Shown here: in pieces, positions 24,483-33,968 of the stretch
Numbering within the stretch: the stretch's first letter is position 1
Layout of the letters: each line of letters starts with the position of its first letter
Position numbers and translations under genes: made by a program
Origin: Nanobdellota archaeon
GTDB taxonomy: Archaea > Aenigmatarchaeota > Aenigmatarchaeia > QMZP01
Reading direction: 5' to 3'
NCBI GenBank assembly: GCA_043814765.1
Contig: JBDRJQ010000029.1
Location: 96,001 to 160,000 of the forward strand
Length of the DNA: 64,000 nucleotides
The notes under the pieces: model-generated
The model's database searches: none
What the model was told of the DNA's origin: nothing
The model's input: the letters and a program-made list of their open reading frames with translations, nothing else

Positions 24483-27400
24483 TCACGTCCTCTTCACATT
24501 CAAAGTTTTCTGCGAACCTGTTCTATCGCTCTCCAATAATATCTGATGAAGTCCCTGGCCTATTATATCGTCTCCAACTATGTTTATTGCGGCATACTCC
24601 AATAAAATCTTTACAGGTATAAGGAAGCCGAGGCCGTAAGCAAAGCTAGGTGCTATGTAAGTCATGAAGCTCTTTGCTTCTAATTTGCCTGTTTGATCTT
24701 CTATCCTTTTCCAGTCGCCTTCTGTGAAAGCAACAAAGGCGCGCGAATTAGTTAAATCAAAACTCAAACCAATCATATGATTACCTGAAGTGTTTTCTGT
24801 GTACAGTTTTCTAAATATGTTTTCGTAATGAATTAACCCATTCATCTTGTTGTCAGCATATGATGAGATATAATAATGAGTCGGACTAGAATAATTGTTT
24901 TCTCCGCCGAGAGATCCCGCACTAACTTCGCCTGTTCCGGGTATGTAAACATTATTGGAAGTGTTGTTCAAATAGAGTTTTATATCTACCCTAAAATCAG
25001 AATAGCTCACGTTGAATACTGTGCTGTTCATGTTCTTTTGGTCTGAACTGTCATTGGCTACAACTTTTACAGTCCATCCTCCCGGAGACCAATCCTGCAG
25101 CATCGTAAGGTTGTACTCAAATATTCGACCATTCTCTATGTCTTCTACAGCTGTCATTTCAAGATTATTTACCTTAACAGCATTGTTTGGATCAGTTACG
25201 TTTATTATGACTTTGTCAATATCAGTGTAGTTGTTATAGTCAGTCACATTCGCGCGTATGACAACAACTTCATCTGTCGTGAAGCTGGTCTTTTCAACAT
25301 AGGATGTGGAATATGTTTTTATCCAGATGACCCTGGTCTCTGTGTTATAAGTGAAATAAGAAACATTGGTTTCGTTTGCATCCAAATAATCGTCTGCAAT
25401 TATAAGCCAGTACCAAGTGCCGCCTGTTATGTTTGTTAGCGTGGTTGTGTTGGCTGTTCCATTATAATACAGGACAGCGTCTTCGTTGTAGTTTGATGTG
25501 TTGAATTCTGTATTGCTCATATACATGAGGAATGTAAAACCGTTGCATGCTATATTATCTATTCCTGCACAACCATTGCCGAAATCAGCGTCTGTGGAAT
25601 TGGTCCAGTTAAAGACTATTGTCAATCCAGCAGTGCCATTATCGTCATATGAAGACGCATTAGCAGGGTCTGTTAAAACAGGCAGGCTTGGCGCCCTGTT
25701 TTGTACAGTGAATTCTAGGTACTCTCCTTCCTGATATTTGCCATCCGGACTAGTAGCATACCATTTGAAGCAAAAGGTATCCTGATTGGTAAAATTGGAT
25801 TCATAAACAACAGTTGTATGATTGTATGTTGTGTTTGTAATGTAGCCTGTATAATTTGTCATCGAAGGACATGCTTTAATATTTTTAAGCCCGTACCAAA
25901 CAGAGTTGACAGGTCCTTCATCAATCCAAGCCATAAAGGTAGCATCATTATCGTTGTAAATAGTATCTGGAACGTAAGTGCTATTGGCTACAATCGGTGG
26001 CTGCGCGTCTATGACAAAGTAAATCTCATCATCGCTTCTGTCCCCGTAATCTGTGCCATCATGCGGCTCAATCTGCCAGTAATAAGTGGAATCATCAAAA
26101 TGCTTCCATGATATCTGGTATGTGTCTCCGGCACTTACACCAGACAGGTCATCGCCTGCCATAAGAGCAAGCGTTGTTGCATTGTTGCTTGTTGTGTTCG
26201 TTATCACTATGCCGCCACTGATATTTATTTTGTCGGTATATTTTAATGACATTGATAGTTGGTTGGTTTCCCAGTTTTTATCCAAATCTGTGATTGTATC
26301 ATCAGCGTCATTAACACTTTCTATGACACCTGTTTCTTGGTACCAGCCCCATGTCGAATCGTTGAGGTATGTTATGTTAAGCGCCTGGCCGGCTGACCCG
26401 TCAGGAGCCCTGTATATTGCCAGCTTGTATTTTATCGAATCGCCGTCCCTGTCTGTTGCGTTCTCCCACTCAAATAGTGTGGTATTAGCATTGATTTGTG
26501 TCCTGTTTCTTGGCAAAACCAGTGGTTTAGCATAAGAGAATTCTGTGCGAGCTACTTCAGATATTCTGAATTCGTCTATGCCAGCTGTTATTGCACTCCC
26601 ATTGTTATAATCACTGCCAATATGTAGGTTAATAGGGTTGGCATTCATCCTTGCATTTATAGCTCTGGTCTGCTTCAGACTGCCATCAACATAGATTCTG
26701 AGAAGTCTTGTAGACTGGTCCCATGTGCATGCAACATGATGCCATGAATCAGCATTCCAGTCTCTTATATTAGCTGTTACAGTTCTGCTATTTCTGTTTG
26801 AACCGTATAATCTGCAGCTTAGCACTCCGTTGTTATTTTTCCATATAAGGATTCTGTTTCTGGTGCTCCAACTGCTACCAGTATAAGGTCTAGACGTATC
26901 AAAAAAATATCTATTATTTCTGTCATTATTTCCATTCCATGATGGTTTAATCCACATCTCAACAGTGCCTGCATTGTAATCCAGATTGTCTCCATTGGTG
27001 TTGTCATAATAAAGCGCTGAAGAAATTTGAATTGAATTATACACCTTTCCAACAACATAATCATGCGGATCTATTGACATAGCACCCCTTTCTCCTTCCA
27101 TGCCATAGGGTAATAAAAAAGAAGTTCCTATAGTAGTATCATCAAAATGCACCAGCAACAGCGTATTCAAATCATTCTCCGGCTCGTACAAGCTTGGTTT
27201 TGAGTTGCCTATTGTGACATTCTTAAATGCCTCGCCGCAGTTGTTCTCTGCGTCGCAGGCACGCACATAACAGCTCCATGTCTCGCCCCTGTGCGCGAGC
27301 GCCGGCCTCAAAAATATATGCCTATTATCGCCGACAGCGACTGAAGTGAATGTTTCGCTCGAATATGTCGTCGTTCCGTTAATCCATTTCGCTGTTATGG

Positions 27401-29204
27401 TTGCAGGGTTGTTGTTTGCGTCAGTGTGATTAAATGTACAGTTGAATTGTGTTGACATAATACCAGAACTTGGTGTAATTCCTACAAATGGATACGGAAT
27501 CGCATCAGATGGAATTATCGGCCCCCAATCAGCGCCCGAACCAAACCATTTGCTTTGCCCACTGTTGTAAGGCCAGTCTCCTCCACTGTCAGCAAAGCCG
27601 TCCCCGTCAGAATCAATAATGTTCCATATATAGTAATCGTCGTAAAAATTACCCTCTGCCTGATAACCCATAGATTTGCCGGAATTTGTGGTATTGAACA
27701 TGTTGTCATCAGCATTCGACCCGGAGTAGACATAATACATATCGGCGCTTTTGAAGTAGTTGCTGTAGAAGGCATTGTAATCCCCGCCCACCTGAAGCGT
27801 CGTGTTCGCTTCCTTGAATGTGCAGTTCTGTATGTTTGCGTAGCTCGCATTGGCTGTAGAGTGGCCAATGGCGTAGAGGTTAAAATCCCCTGAACCTACA
27901 TAAACTACACCGTCTACTACTGCTGGTGAACCCATATATGAAATTATTGTGTAATTCCATTTTAGAGTTCCGTTGGTATATAATGCATAAAGTGTACTGT
28001 CAGGGGCAGTTGAACCGAAATATATTGCACCATCTACTACTGTTGCTTGAGATTGTATGTATACAGTTGTTGTGTAATTCCATTTTAAAGTACCATTTGT
28101 GTAGAAAGCATAAAGATTTTTATCGTTTGATCCGATGTAAATAATATCATCTGAAATGGTTGGTGCTGGGTATACTATAGCATCACCAGTACTGTAGTTC
28201 CATTTTAAAGTACCATTTGTGTAGAAAGCATAAAGATTGTTGTCATGTGAGCCTATATAGACAACTCCGTCTGATACTGCTGGTGATGAGAATATGGCGT
28301 TACCTACAGTATAGTTCCATTTTAAAGTTCCGTTGGTATAGATAGCATAAGTATTGTTGTCATATGAGCCTATATAGACAACTCCGTCTGATACTGCTGG
28401 TGATGATTCTACTATAGAGCCGCTTGTCAAATATTTCCATTTTAGTGTTCCATTAGTGTATATTGCATATATGTTGTCGTCATCTGAACCTACATAAACT
28501 ACACCATCTACTATTGCTGGGGATGATCTTACAGATCCTCCTGTTGTGTAATTCCATTTTAGAGTTCCGTTGGTATATAATGCATAAAGATTATAATCAT
28601 AAGAGCCCACATAAACTACACCATCTACTATTGCTGGGGATGAGACAATCTCAAATTCCGTCGTATAATTCCATTTTAGAGTTCCATTAGTCCAGATTGC
28701 GTATATGTTTTTATCATTTGACCCAACATAAACTACACCGTCTACTATTGCTGGGGATGATATTCCTATACCAGCACCTAGCGTGTAATTCCACATCAAA
28801 GTAACATTCCCGCTTGCCACACCTCCTGTTGTTCCAGTATGTTTTAAATTTTGGTGAAACATCGGCCATGAGTGATTCCCCTGCAAGACAAGGCTTTGGT
28901 TAAATTGGGTAACCGTGCAGTTGTACATGGTGAAATTGTTTGCGCCGACATTGACGCCTACAGCGAGCCTGCTGTTGCCTTTTATCCAGTAGCCGGCGCA
29001 GTCGAGGATGATGTTGTTTGCGACCACACGGAAGCAGCTTCCAAACTCGTCTGGAAATGTGACATTTGATGTGAGGATGTATTTCTCACTGGTTGTACTT
29101 AGAGTTGTGCATGTATTGATGTTGCTGGTGCCTGCAAATGCTGTTGGCGCAGCAGCTAAAACGACAAATATAATCAAAAATAACAAAATCGGCTTTCTGT
29201 GCAT
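24483..29204 (-). CDS. Large secreted surface protein: beta-helix segments, PQQ-like beta-propeller, LamG domain, Ig/FN3-like domains
   Basis: Signal peptide; about eight SSPAIVDGVVYVGSxDxNLYAxYTNGTLKWNY repeats; GTVEMWIKP...WHHVACTWD...IDEFRIS (LamG); many N-x-S/T sequons. Confidence 0.88.
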   Translation of the reverse strand: MHRKPILLFLIIFVVLAAAPTAFAGTSNINTCTTLSTTSEKYILTSNVTFPDEFGSCFRVVANNIILDCAGYWIKGNSRLAVGVNVGANNFTMYNCTVTQFNQSLVLQGNHSWPMFHQNLKHTGTTGGVASGNVTLMWNYTLGAGIGISSPAIVDGVVYVGSNDKNIYAIWTNGTLKWNYTTEFEIVSSPAIVDGVVYVGSYDYNLYALYTNGTLKWNYTTGGSVRSSPAIVDGVVYVGSDDDNIYAIYTNGTLKWKYLTSGSIVESSPAVSDGVVYIGSYDNNTYAIYTNGTLKWNYTVGNAIFSSPAVSDGVVYIGSHDNNLYAFYTNGTLKWNYSTGDAIVYPAPTISDDIIYIGSNDKNLYAFYTNGTLKWNYTTTVYIQSQATVVDGAIYFGSTAPDSTLYALYTNGTLKWNYTIISYMGSPAVVDGVVYVGSGDFNLYAIGHSTANASYANIQNCTFKEANTTLQVGGDYNAFYSNYFKSADMYYVYSGSNADDNMFNTTNSGKSMGYQAEGNFYDDYYIWNIIDSDGDGFADSGGDWPYNSGQSKWFGSGADWGPIIPSDAIPYPFVGITPSSGIMSTQFNCTFNHTDANNNPATITAKWINGTTTYSSETFTSVAVGDNRHIFLRPALAHRGETWSCYVRACDAENNCGEAFKNVTIGNSKPSLYEPENDLNTLLLVHFDDTTIGTSFLLPYGMEGERGAMSIDPHDYVVGKVYNSIQISSALYYDNTNGDNLDYNAGTVEMWIKPSWNGNNDRNNRYFFDTSRPYTGSSWSTRNRILIWKNNNGVLSCRLYGSNRNSRTVTANIRDWNADSWHHVACTWDQSTRLLRIYVDGSLKQTRAINARMNANPINLHIGSDYNNGSAITAGIDEFRISEVARTEFSYAKPLVLPRNRTQINANTTLFEWENATDRDGDSIKYKLAIYRAPDGSAGQALNITYLNDSTWGWYQETGVIESVNDADDTITDLDKNWETNQLSMSLKYTDKINISGGIVITNTTSNNATTLALMAGDDLSGVSAGDTYQISWKHFDDSTYYWQIEPHDGTDYGDRSDDEIYFVIDAQPPIVANSTYVPDTIYNDNDATFMAWIDEGPVNSVWYGLKNIKACPSMTNYTGYITNTTYNHTTVVYESNFTNQDTFCFKWYATSPDGKYQEGEYLEFTVQNRAPSLPVLTDPANASSYDDNGTAGLTIVFNWTNSTDADFGNGCAGIDNIACNGFTFLMYMSNTEFNTSNYNEDAVLYYNGTANTTTLTNITGGTWYWLIIADDYLDANETNVSYFTYNTETRVIWIKTYSTSYVEKTSFTTDEVVVIRANVTDYNNYTDIDKVIINVTDPNNAVKVNNLEMTAVEDIENGRIFEYNLTMLQDWSPGGWTVKVVANDSSDQKNMNSTVFNVSYSDFRVDIKLYLNNTSNNVYIPGTGEVSAGSLGGENNYSSPTHYYISSYADNKMNGLIHYENIFRKLYTENTSGNHMIGLSFDLTNSRAFVAFTEGDWKRIEDQTGKLEAKSFMTYIAPSFAYGLGFLIPVKILLEYAAINIVGDDIIGQGLHQILLESDRTGSQKTLNVKRT

Positions 29205-29254
29205 ATATTATAATTGGTTTGTTAGTATAATTATTTGAATGTCTCTATAAATTG

Positions 29255-29293
29255 ACAACAATAAACAGAATGCTGGTGTTGGGACACCAGCAT
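29255..29293 (-). terminator. Intrinsic (bacterial-type) terminator downstream of the SBBP lipoprotein gene
   Basis: 10-bp perfect stem ATGCTGGTGT/ACACCAGCAT (29270-29293) with 4-nt loop, followed on the minus strand by TCTGTTTATTGTTG. Confidence 0.65.
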
Positions 29294-29349
29294 ATAAAGT
29301 TTCAATTGGTTAACGGCTAACATTGGATGCCTAAGCTGTCTTTTGATTC

Positions 29350-31827
29350 TCACCAGTTACCATCAGGCGGGAACTTGGTTATGAAAGCATCCCAGCCGCC
29401 GTGAGATGAGCGTTCATCGACAGTTAGACCAGGATCGAAGTCAGATATGCCTGAAAATGCACCAACTATAAACACGTCCCCCAAGTTGTTAGATGATATT
29501 CCATAGCCAAAATCCCAATTCGTGCCGCCCCATGTTCGCGCCCATATGAAAGTGCCTGAAGAATCGAACTTTGAGAGGAAAGAATCATATCCTCCAGTGG
29601 ATGTATATTCACTGATTTCTGTGGTTGGGTCGAAGTCAGACGTACCTAAAAAGGCACCGGTGACGTAAATGCTATAATTGTTTATGGCAACTCTTCGCGG
29701 TTGATCGTCATCAGGACCGCCCCATGTTCGCGCCCATATGAAAGTGCCTGAAGAATCGAACTTTGAGAGGAAAGAATCATATCCTCCAGTGGATGTATGC
29801 TCATCGCTACCTGAGCTTGTATCGAAGTCTGCAGTTCCTTTAAATTGTCCTGTCACATAGATGCCTGATTTTTCTGAAGCGACCCCCCAACCACAATCTT
29901 CATCCAAGCCGCCCCATGTTCGCGCCCATTGGAAATTGCCATCTGAGTTGATGACTGTCAGATAGGCATCGGTGTCATTTGCTATGTGATCACTAGTGCC
30001 TGTGCCTGGATCAAAGTCAAGAGTACCCCGGAACTTACCTGTCATATATAAATTATTCTCATAAAAATCCATTGAAAATATGAAGTCAGCAGATTCATTT
30101 CCCCAAGTGCAAACCCATTGGAATTCACCTGATGAATTGAACTTGCTGAGAAACACGTCCTGAAATCCGTTAGCGGTTCGCTTGGTTTCTCCTGGACCTG
30201 GATCAAAGTCCACTGTTTTATTGAAATTGCCGCTAACATAGATCTCATCATAGTTTCCGATACTTACGCTTTCGCCGTAATCATCAAGTATTCCAAATCC
30301 CCCACTTCCCCAGGTTCTTGCCCAGAGGAAGTTACTGTTTTGGTCGAACTTGCTCAGGAAGACATCACGATCGCCATTTGAGGTGTGAAAATCCTCGCCA
30401 TTTGTTGGATCAAAGTCAACTGTCCCTTCGAACCATCCTGTGACATAGATGTTTCCTGAACTTTTGTCAACTATTATGTCACCAACACCCTCATATTCTG
30501 TCCCGCCCCATGTTTGCGTCCATTGGAAGTTTCCATCCAAATTGAACTTGGAAAAGAAACAGTCTCTTGCACCATTTGAGGAGTGCTCCTCAATCTCAGG
30601 ACTTGGATCAAAATCGACTGTTCCTGAAAACTGACCACCAAGGTAAACATTGTTTTCAGTGTCAGTTGTAATCCTCCGACCATAATCATCACTGGTTCCG
30701 CCCCAAGTCCTTGCCCAACCGTTCTTGTGTCCAACTTCGATTGTGTGAACCTGCCAAGCATCCACAGCGCCAAAATGTGGGTCAAGTTGGGTATCAGTCA
30801 CTCTGACAAGTAGCGGATATTCGCCGATGGGGACGCCCATCTCATTGACAACTACGCCCTTGTAGATGGCACCGCTGTCAATCGATATTTCGCCGGAGAA
30901 TTCAATTTCAACCTCTCCATTAAACAGCTGGGGGGACTCAATTGTAACCTTGCCTATGCTCGAAAAACCCTGGTGGTCGCGCACCTCAATTTCTATGTAC
31001 GCTTCTGCACCAGCGCTGGTCTCCAGCCCGGCACCGACCTGCACCTGAATCTCATAAGATTCGCTGCAGTTCGCTTTTAGTGGGAAGTCAGTGACGGGAT
31101 TTGTCACCGGCTCTTTTGTGGGCGGAGCCCATGAAGCGTCCACAACATAGCCGAAGTGAATTGGTCCAGCCGGCTTGCGGATGTGCACGGTTCGCGTCTC
31201 GGTACTGCCAACCTGGAACATCCTGCGCTGGTTGTCCTTCCCATAACTTACAAAGGGATTCAGTGTCGCAGACAGGTCATTGGTTCCGCAATACTTGCCC
31301 GAGATATATCCAAGGCACGGTGGAGCTGTTGACGGAAATTGCGTCGGGTTGAACAGTCTTGTGTACCCATCCGCGTTGATGAGTCGTGGAAAATAATCTC
31401 CCCAAGCGATTCTGCAATCGCTCACAGGGAATTCATAATCTTCGTCTGTAATGAATATCCCGCGGACATCAAATCCAGTGTATTTGGTGAGACCAGGAAA
31501 CGGATGCATAATCTGAAGATCAAACACCCAATTATTCGGGTCGATGACCTGGAAGTTCTTGACCTTCAGGCAATTTCCACAGGGGTTGTTCTCAAGCCAT
31601 TGCAATGCATTGAAATGCATCTCTGCACTTCTGACAGGGACGATTTCTGCCTGGCCATCTTCTGAGATTTCTACATCCCAGTAGCCCCAGATGTATTTGT
31701 TGCTATCAACACAAATTGGAGCTGAAAGCTCCTTGCTCTGAGGGCTTGCAGGGTTCTCTAAGCCGCCGGAGCATGAAGCGATGATTAATGCGACCATCGC
31801 TGTAAGAATGAGGTATGTGGTTCTCAT
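29350..31827 (-). CDS. Lipoprotein with C-terminal SBBP-like beta-propeller repeats
   Basis: Lipobox LIIASC; repeats WARTWGG...VTGxFxGTxDFDP...DxFLSKFD; SD AAGGAGGT; higher GC than flanks. Confidence 0.85.
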   Translation of the reverse strand: MRTTYLILTAMVALIIASCSGGLENPASPQSKELSAPICVDSNKYIWGYWDVEISEDGQAEIVPVRSAEMHFNALQWLENNPCGNCLKVKNFQVIDPNNWVFDLQIMHPFPGLTKYTGFDVRGIFITDEDYEFPVSDCRIAWGDYFPRLINADGYTRLFNPTQFPSTAPPCLGYISGKYCGTNDLSATLNPFVSYGKDNQRRMFQVGSTETRTVHIRKPAGPIHFGYVVDASWAPPTKEPVTNPVTDFPLKANCSESYEIQVQVGAGLETSAGAEAYIEIEVRDHQGFSSIGKVTIESPQLFNGEVEIEFSGEISIDSGAIYKGVVVNEMGVPIGEYPLLVRVTDTQLDPHFGAVDAWQVHTIEVGHKNGWARTWGGTSDDYGRRITTDTENNVYLGGQFSGTVDFDPSPEIEEHSSNGARDCFFSKFNLDGNFQWTQTWGGTEYEGVGDIIVDKSSGNIYVTGWFEGTVDFDPTNGEDFHTSNGDRDVFLSKFDQNSNFLWARTWGSGGFGILDDYGESVSIGNYDEIYVSGNFNKTVDFDPGPGETKRTANGFQDVFLSKFNSSGEFQWVCTWGNESADFIFSMDFYENNLYMTGKFRGTLDFDPGTGTSDHIANDTDAYLTVINSDGNFQWARTWGGLDEDCGWGVASEKSGIYVTGQFKGTADFDTSSGSDEHTSTGGYDSFLSKFDSSGTFIWARTWGGPDDDQPRRVAINNYSIYVTGAFLGTSDFDPTTEISEYTSTGGYDSFLSKFDSSGTFIWARTWGGTNWDFGYGISSNNLGDVFIVGAFSGISDFDPGLTVDERSSHGGWDAFITKFPPDGNW
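29525..29798. repeat. 82-bp exact direct repeat within the SBBP gene
   Basis: 29525-29606 identical to 29717-29798 (offset 192), encoding TSTGGYDSFLSKFDSSGTFIWARTWGG. Confidence 0.9.
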
Positions 31828-32039
31828 TGAGAACCTCCTTAGAACCGGTTACAAGCCGGTTGTATTTTCTATAGAAACAACTATTCATTCTCCAATTGGC
31901 CCGAATTCTCTAGGTTAGCCATGCAAACTGTTAGTCTTGCGTGGAATGTTGAACGGATAGATTGTGTAAGCATAAAATATCTATTAAATAATTAACAAGA
32001 GGTTTAAATACTTTTGTTACTTATTGAGAACAAATAGAC

Positions 32040-32717
32040 TTACAGCTTGATAAAATACCAGAAGTCAGTATAAGTGTATTTTTTCATTTGCTTTTGTGTC
32101 GGATTCTCATTGCAAACAGCAGCGATCTGCCATAGGAATGTGCCTTGCATGAGGATTTTGTTGTAGATAAATGGAGTCATCTGGAAGCTCTGTTTGTCTC
32201 CCATGGGTATGTACATCATGCCAGGCACGATTGCAAACGCGCCTCCCACAAAGGCAATATAATTCTTTGCGCCGTCAACCTTTGTCCAGGTGAATTTTGT
32301 TGTGGGCCCGACCACAGCAAAATTCTCAGGTGTTAGAAGAGTAGGTTTGGTTTGCTTAGTTATCTTCCACTGACTACTGCATTCGACATTATCAGGATAA
32401 TTGCAGACATACCATTTGTATTCGCCATCAGGCTGTATTTCTAGGAAGCTTGAAGGTAGGAATAATGAAGTTTTTTCCTTTGGCAGGAATATGTTTGTCA
32501 TAAAAGGCTCTCCGTCGTGAAGCATGTTCAGATAAACACCCTTTTCTGTGCCAGTGCCTAGCAGCCACTGCAGGGTTATGCTGTCGCATATTTTATAAGA
32601 ATAGTCATGTTTAGGCGAAATCAGTTGGGGAGCGTTAGCTTTGTAGGCATCTACAGGTATGACTACAAGTAAAAAAATTATTCCCATGATTATTGACCAC
32701 GCGAAGATATTTTTCAT
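32040..32717 (-). CDS. Secreted hypothetical protein with two Ig/FN3-like repeats
   Basis: Signal peptide ending VDA; APQLISP...LQW...YKWYV and PTLLTPEN...FTW...FLWQI. Confidence 0.7.
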   Translation of the reverse strand: MKNIFAWSIIMGIIFLLVVIPVDAYKANAPQLISPKHDYSYKICDSITLQWLLGTGTEKGVYLNMLHDGEPFMTNIFLPKEKTSLFLPSSFLEIQPDGEYKWYVCNYPDNVECSSQWKITKQTKPTLLTPENFAVVGPTTKFTWTKVDGAKNYIAFVGGAFAIVPGMMYIPMGDKQSFQMTPFIYNKILMQGTFLWQIAAVCNENPTQKQMKKYTYTDFWYFIKL

Positions 32718-32791
32718 ATGCATGCTCTTTCGGTATTTAAGCGCCAATATCTATTGAAAATTAGTGCAATGTTTTATAAGTTTTCATCCGC

Positions 32792-33751
32792 TTATCTGCG
32801 TTTCTTTTCCTTTTCTTCCTCTTCTCTTACGCGCTCTTCGACTTCATCCTTGATGCCCAGAGTTTCAACCATTTCCTTGTATCTGTTTCTGATTGTAACT
32901 TCTGTTACGCCGATTGTGTCAGCGACTTCCCTTTGAGTCTTTTTCTCGCCTTCAAGAACTGCTGCTATGTAAAGAGCTGCGGCAGCAACGCCTATTGGTC
33001 CCTTGCCAGAAGTAACATCAGACTTTGCAGCCCTGTCCAAGACTTCTACAGATTTCACTTGAACCTTTTCTGAAAGATTAAGCAATGAACCGAAACGAGG
33101 GACATAATCCTGTGCTTTTGCAGGCAATATTCTTATGCTCAATTTTCTTGCTATGTACCTGTATGTCTTTCCGATATCTCTTTTATCAATGTTGGAAGCT
33201 TTTGATATCTCGTCCAGAGTTCTTGGAGCGCCCTCTTCACGGCATGTTGTGTAAAGAAGTGCTGCTATAATCGATTCTGTTGATCTGCCACGAACAAGCC
33301 CTTTGTTGACTGCCTGCTGGTATAATTTTGCGACTTTCTCGTGGACAGCTTTTGAAAGATGCAAAAATGAAATAAGTCTTTGTAATTCGGAAAACGCAAA
33401 TGATAAGTTTCTGTCCTTGGATTTAATTAGCCTCTTGTGCCATTTTGTTAAACGATAGTATTGGGCTCTCTTTTTTGAGGTTACTTTAAACAACTCGCCA
33501 CGACCCTTGCCGATTTCTGTGGTTATTCCCTGATCGTGTTTTGTGGGTGTCAAGACAGCGCCTGTTCTAACACGCCTTGATCTCTGATCATCATCAAAAG
33601 CGCGCCACTCCTGTGTCGTGTCTATCATAGATTCGCTTATGACTACCCCGCATACAGAACATGTCATCTCCCCTCTTGCATGGTCATAGGTTATATTCTT
33701 TGATCCGCATTCAGGGCATCTTTGAACTTCTTTCTGAGTTGCTTTTGTCAT
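32792..33751 (-). CDS. tfb: Transcription initiation factor IIB
   Basis: CPECGS...CSVCG Zn ribbon, EWRAF, LVRGRS, TQREVA...VTEVTIRNRYKE; start reassigned to ATG 33751 with SD GAGGA. Confidence 0.97.
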   Translation of the reverse strand: MTKATQKEVQRCPECGSKNITYDHARGEMTCSVCGVVISESMIDTTQEWRAFDDDQRSRRVRTGAVLTPTKHDQGITTEIGKGRGELFKVTSKKRAQYYRLTKWHKRLIKSKDRNLSFAFSELQRLISFLHLSKAVHEKVAKLYQQAVNKGLVRGRSTESIIAALLYTTCREEGAPRTLDEISKASNIDKRDIGKTYRYIARKLSIRILPAKAQDYVPRFGSLLNLSEKVQVKSVEVLDRAAKSDVTSGKGPIGVAAAALYIAAVLEGEKKTQREVADTIGVTEVTIRNRYKEMVETLGIKDEVEERVREEEEKEKKRR

Positions 33752-33968
33752 TAAATCCTCCGATAAATTATTAAAATGTTTTACCATCCTATTGATTTTG
33801 TAAAAGGGGTAATAAGTAATGAGTAAGCCCATTTATAAAGTTAACGGTTGCTTTAAAAGCAACTATTTGCTTTTTTTGGAAACAGCAAGCTTTAAAAATC
33901 ACAGAAGAATATTATTTATTAAGCTATGCTATATAATTTAATATGTTTATTCAGCAAGGGTTTTCGTC

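Noticed and set aside
27870..28870. Regularly spaced ~117-120 nt repeats resembling a CRISPR array
   Set aside because: In-frame protein repeats (PQQ-like blades) with codon-position variation; no unique spacers and no cas genes.
29525..29798. Possible DGR template/variable repeat pair
   Set aside because: Copies are identical rather than differing at adenines, both lie in the same ORF, and no reverse transcriptase is in the window.
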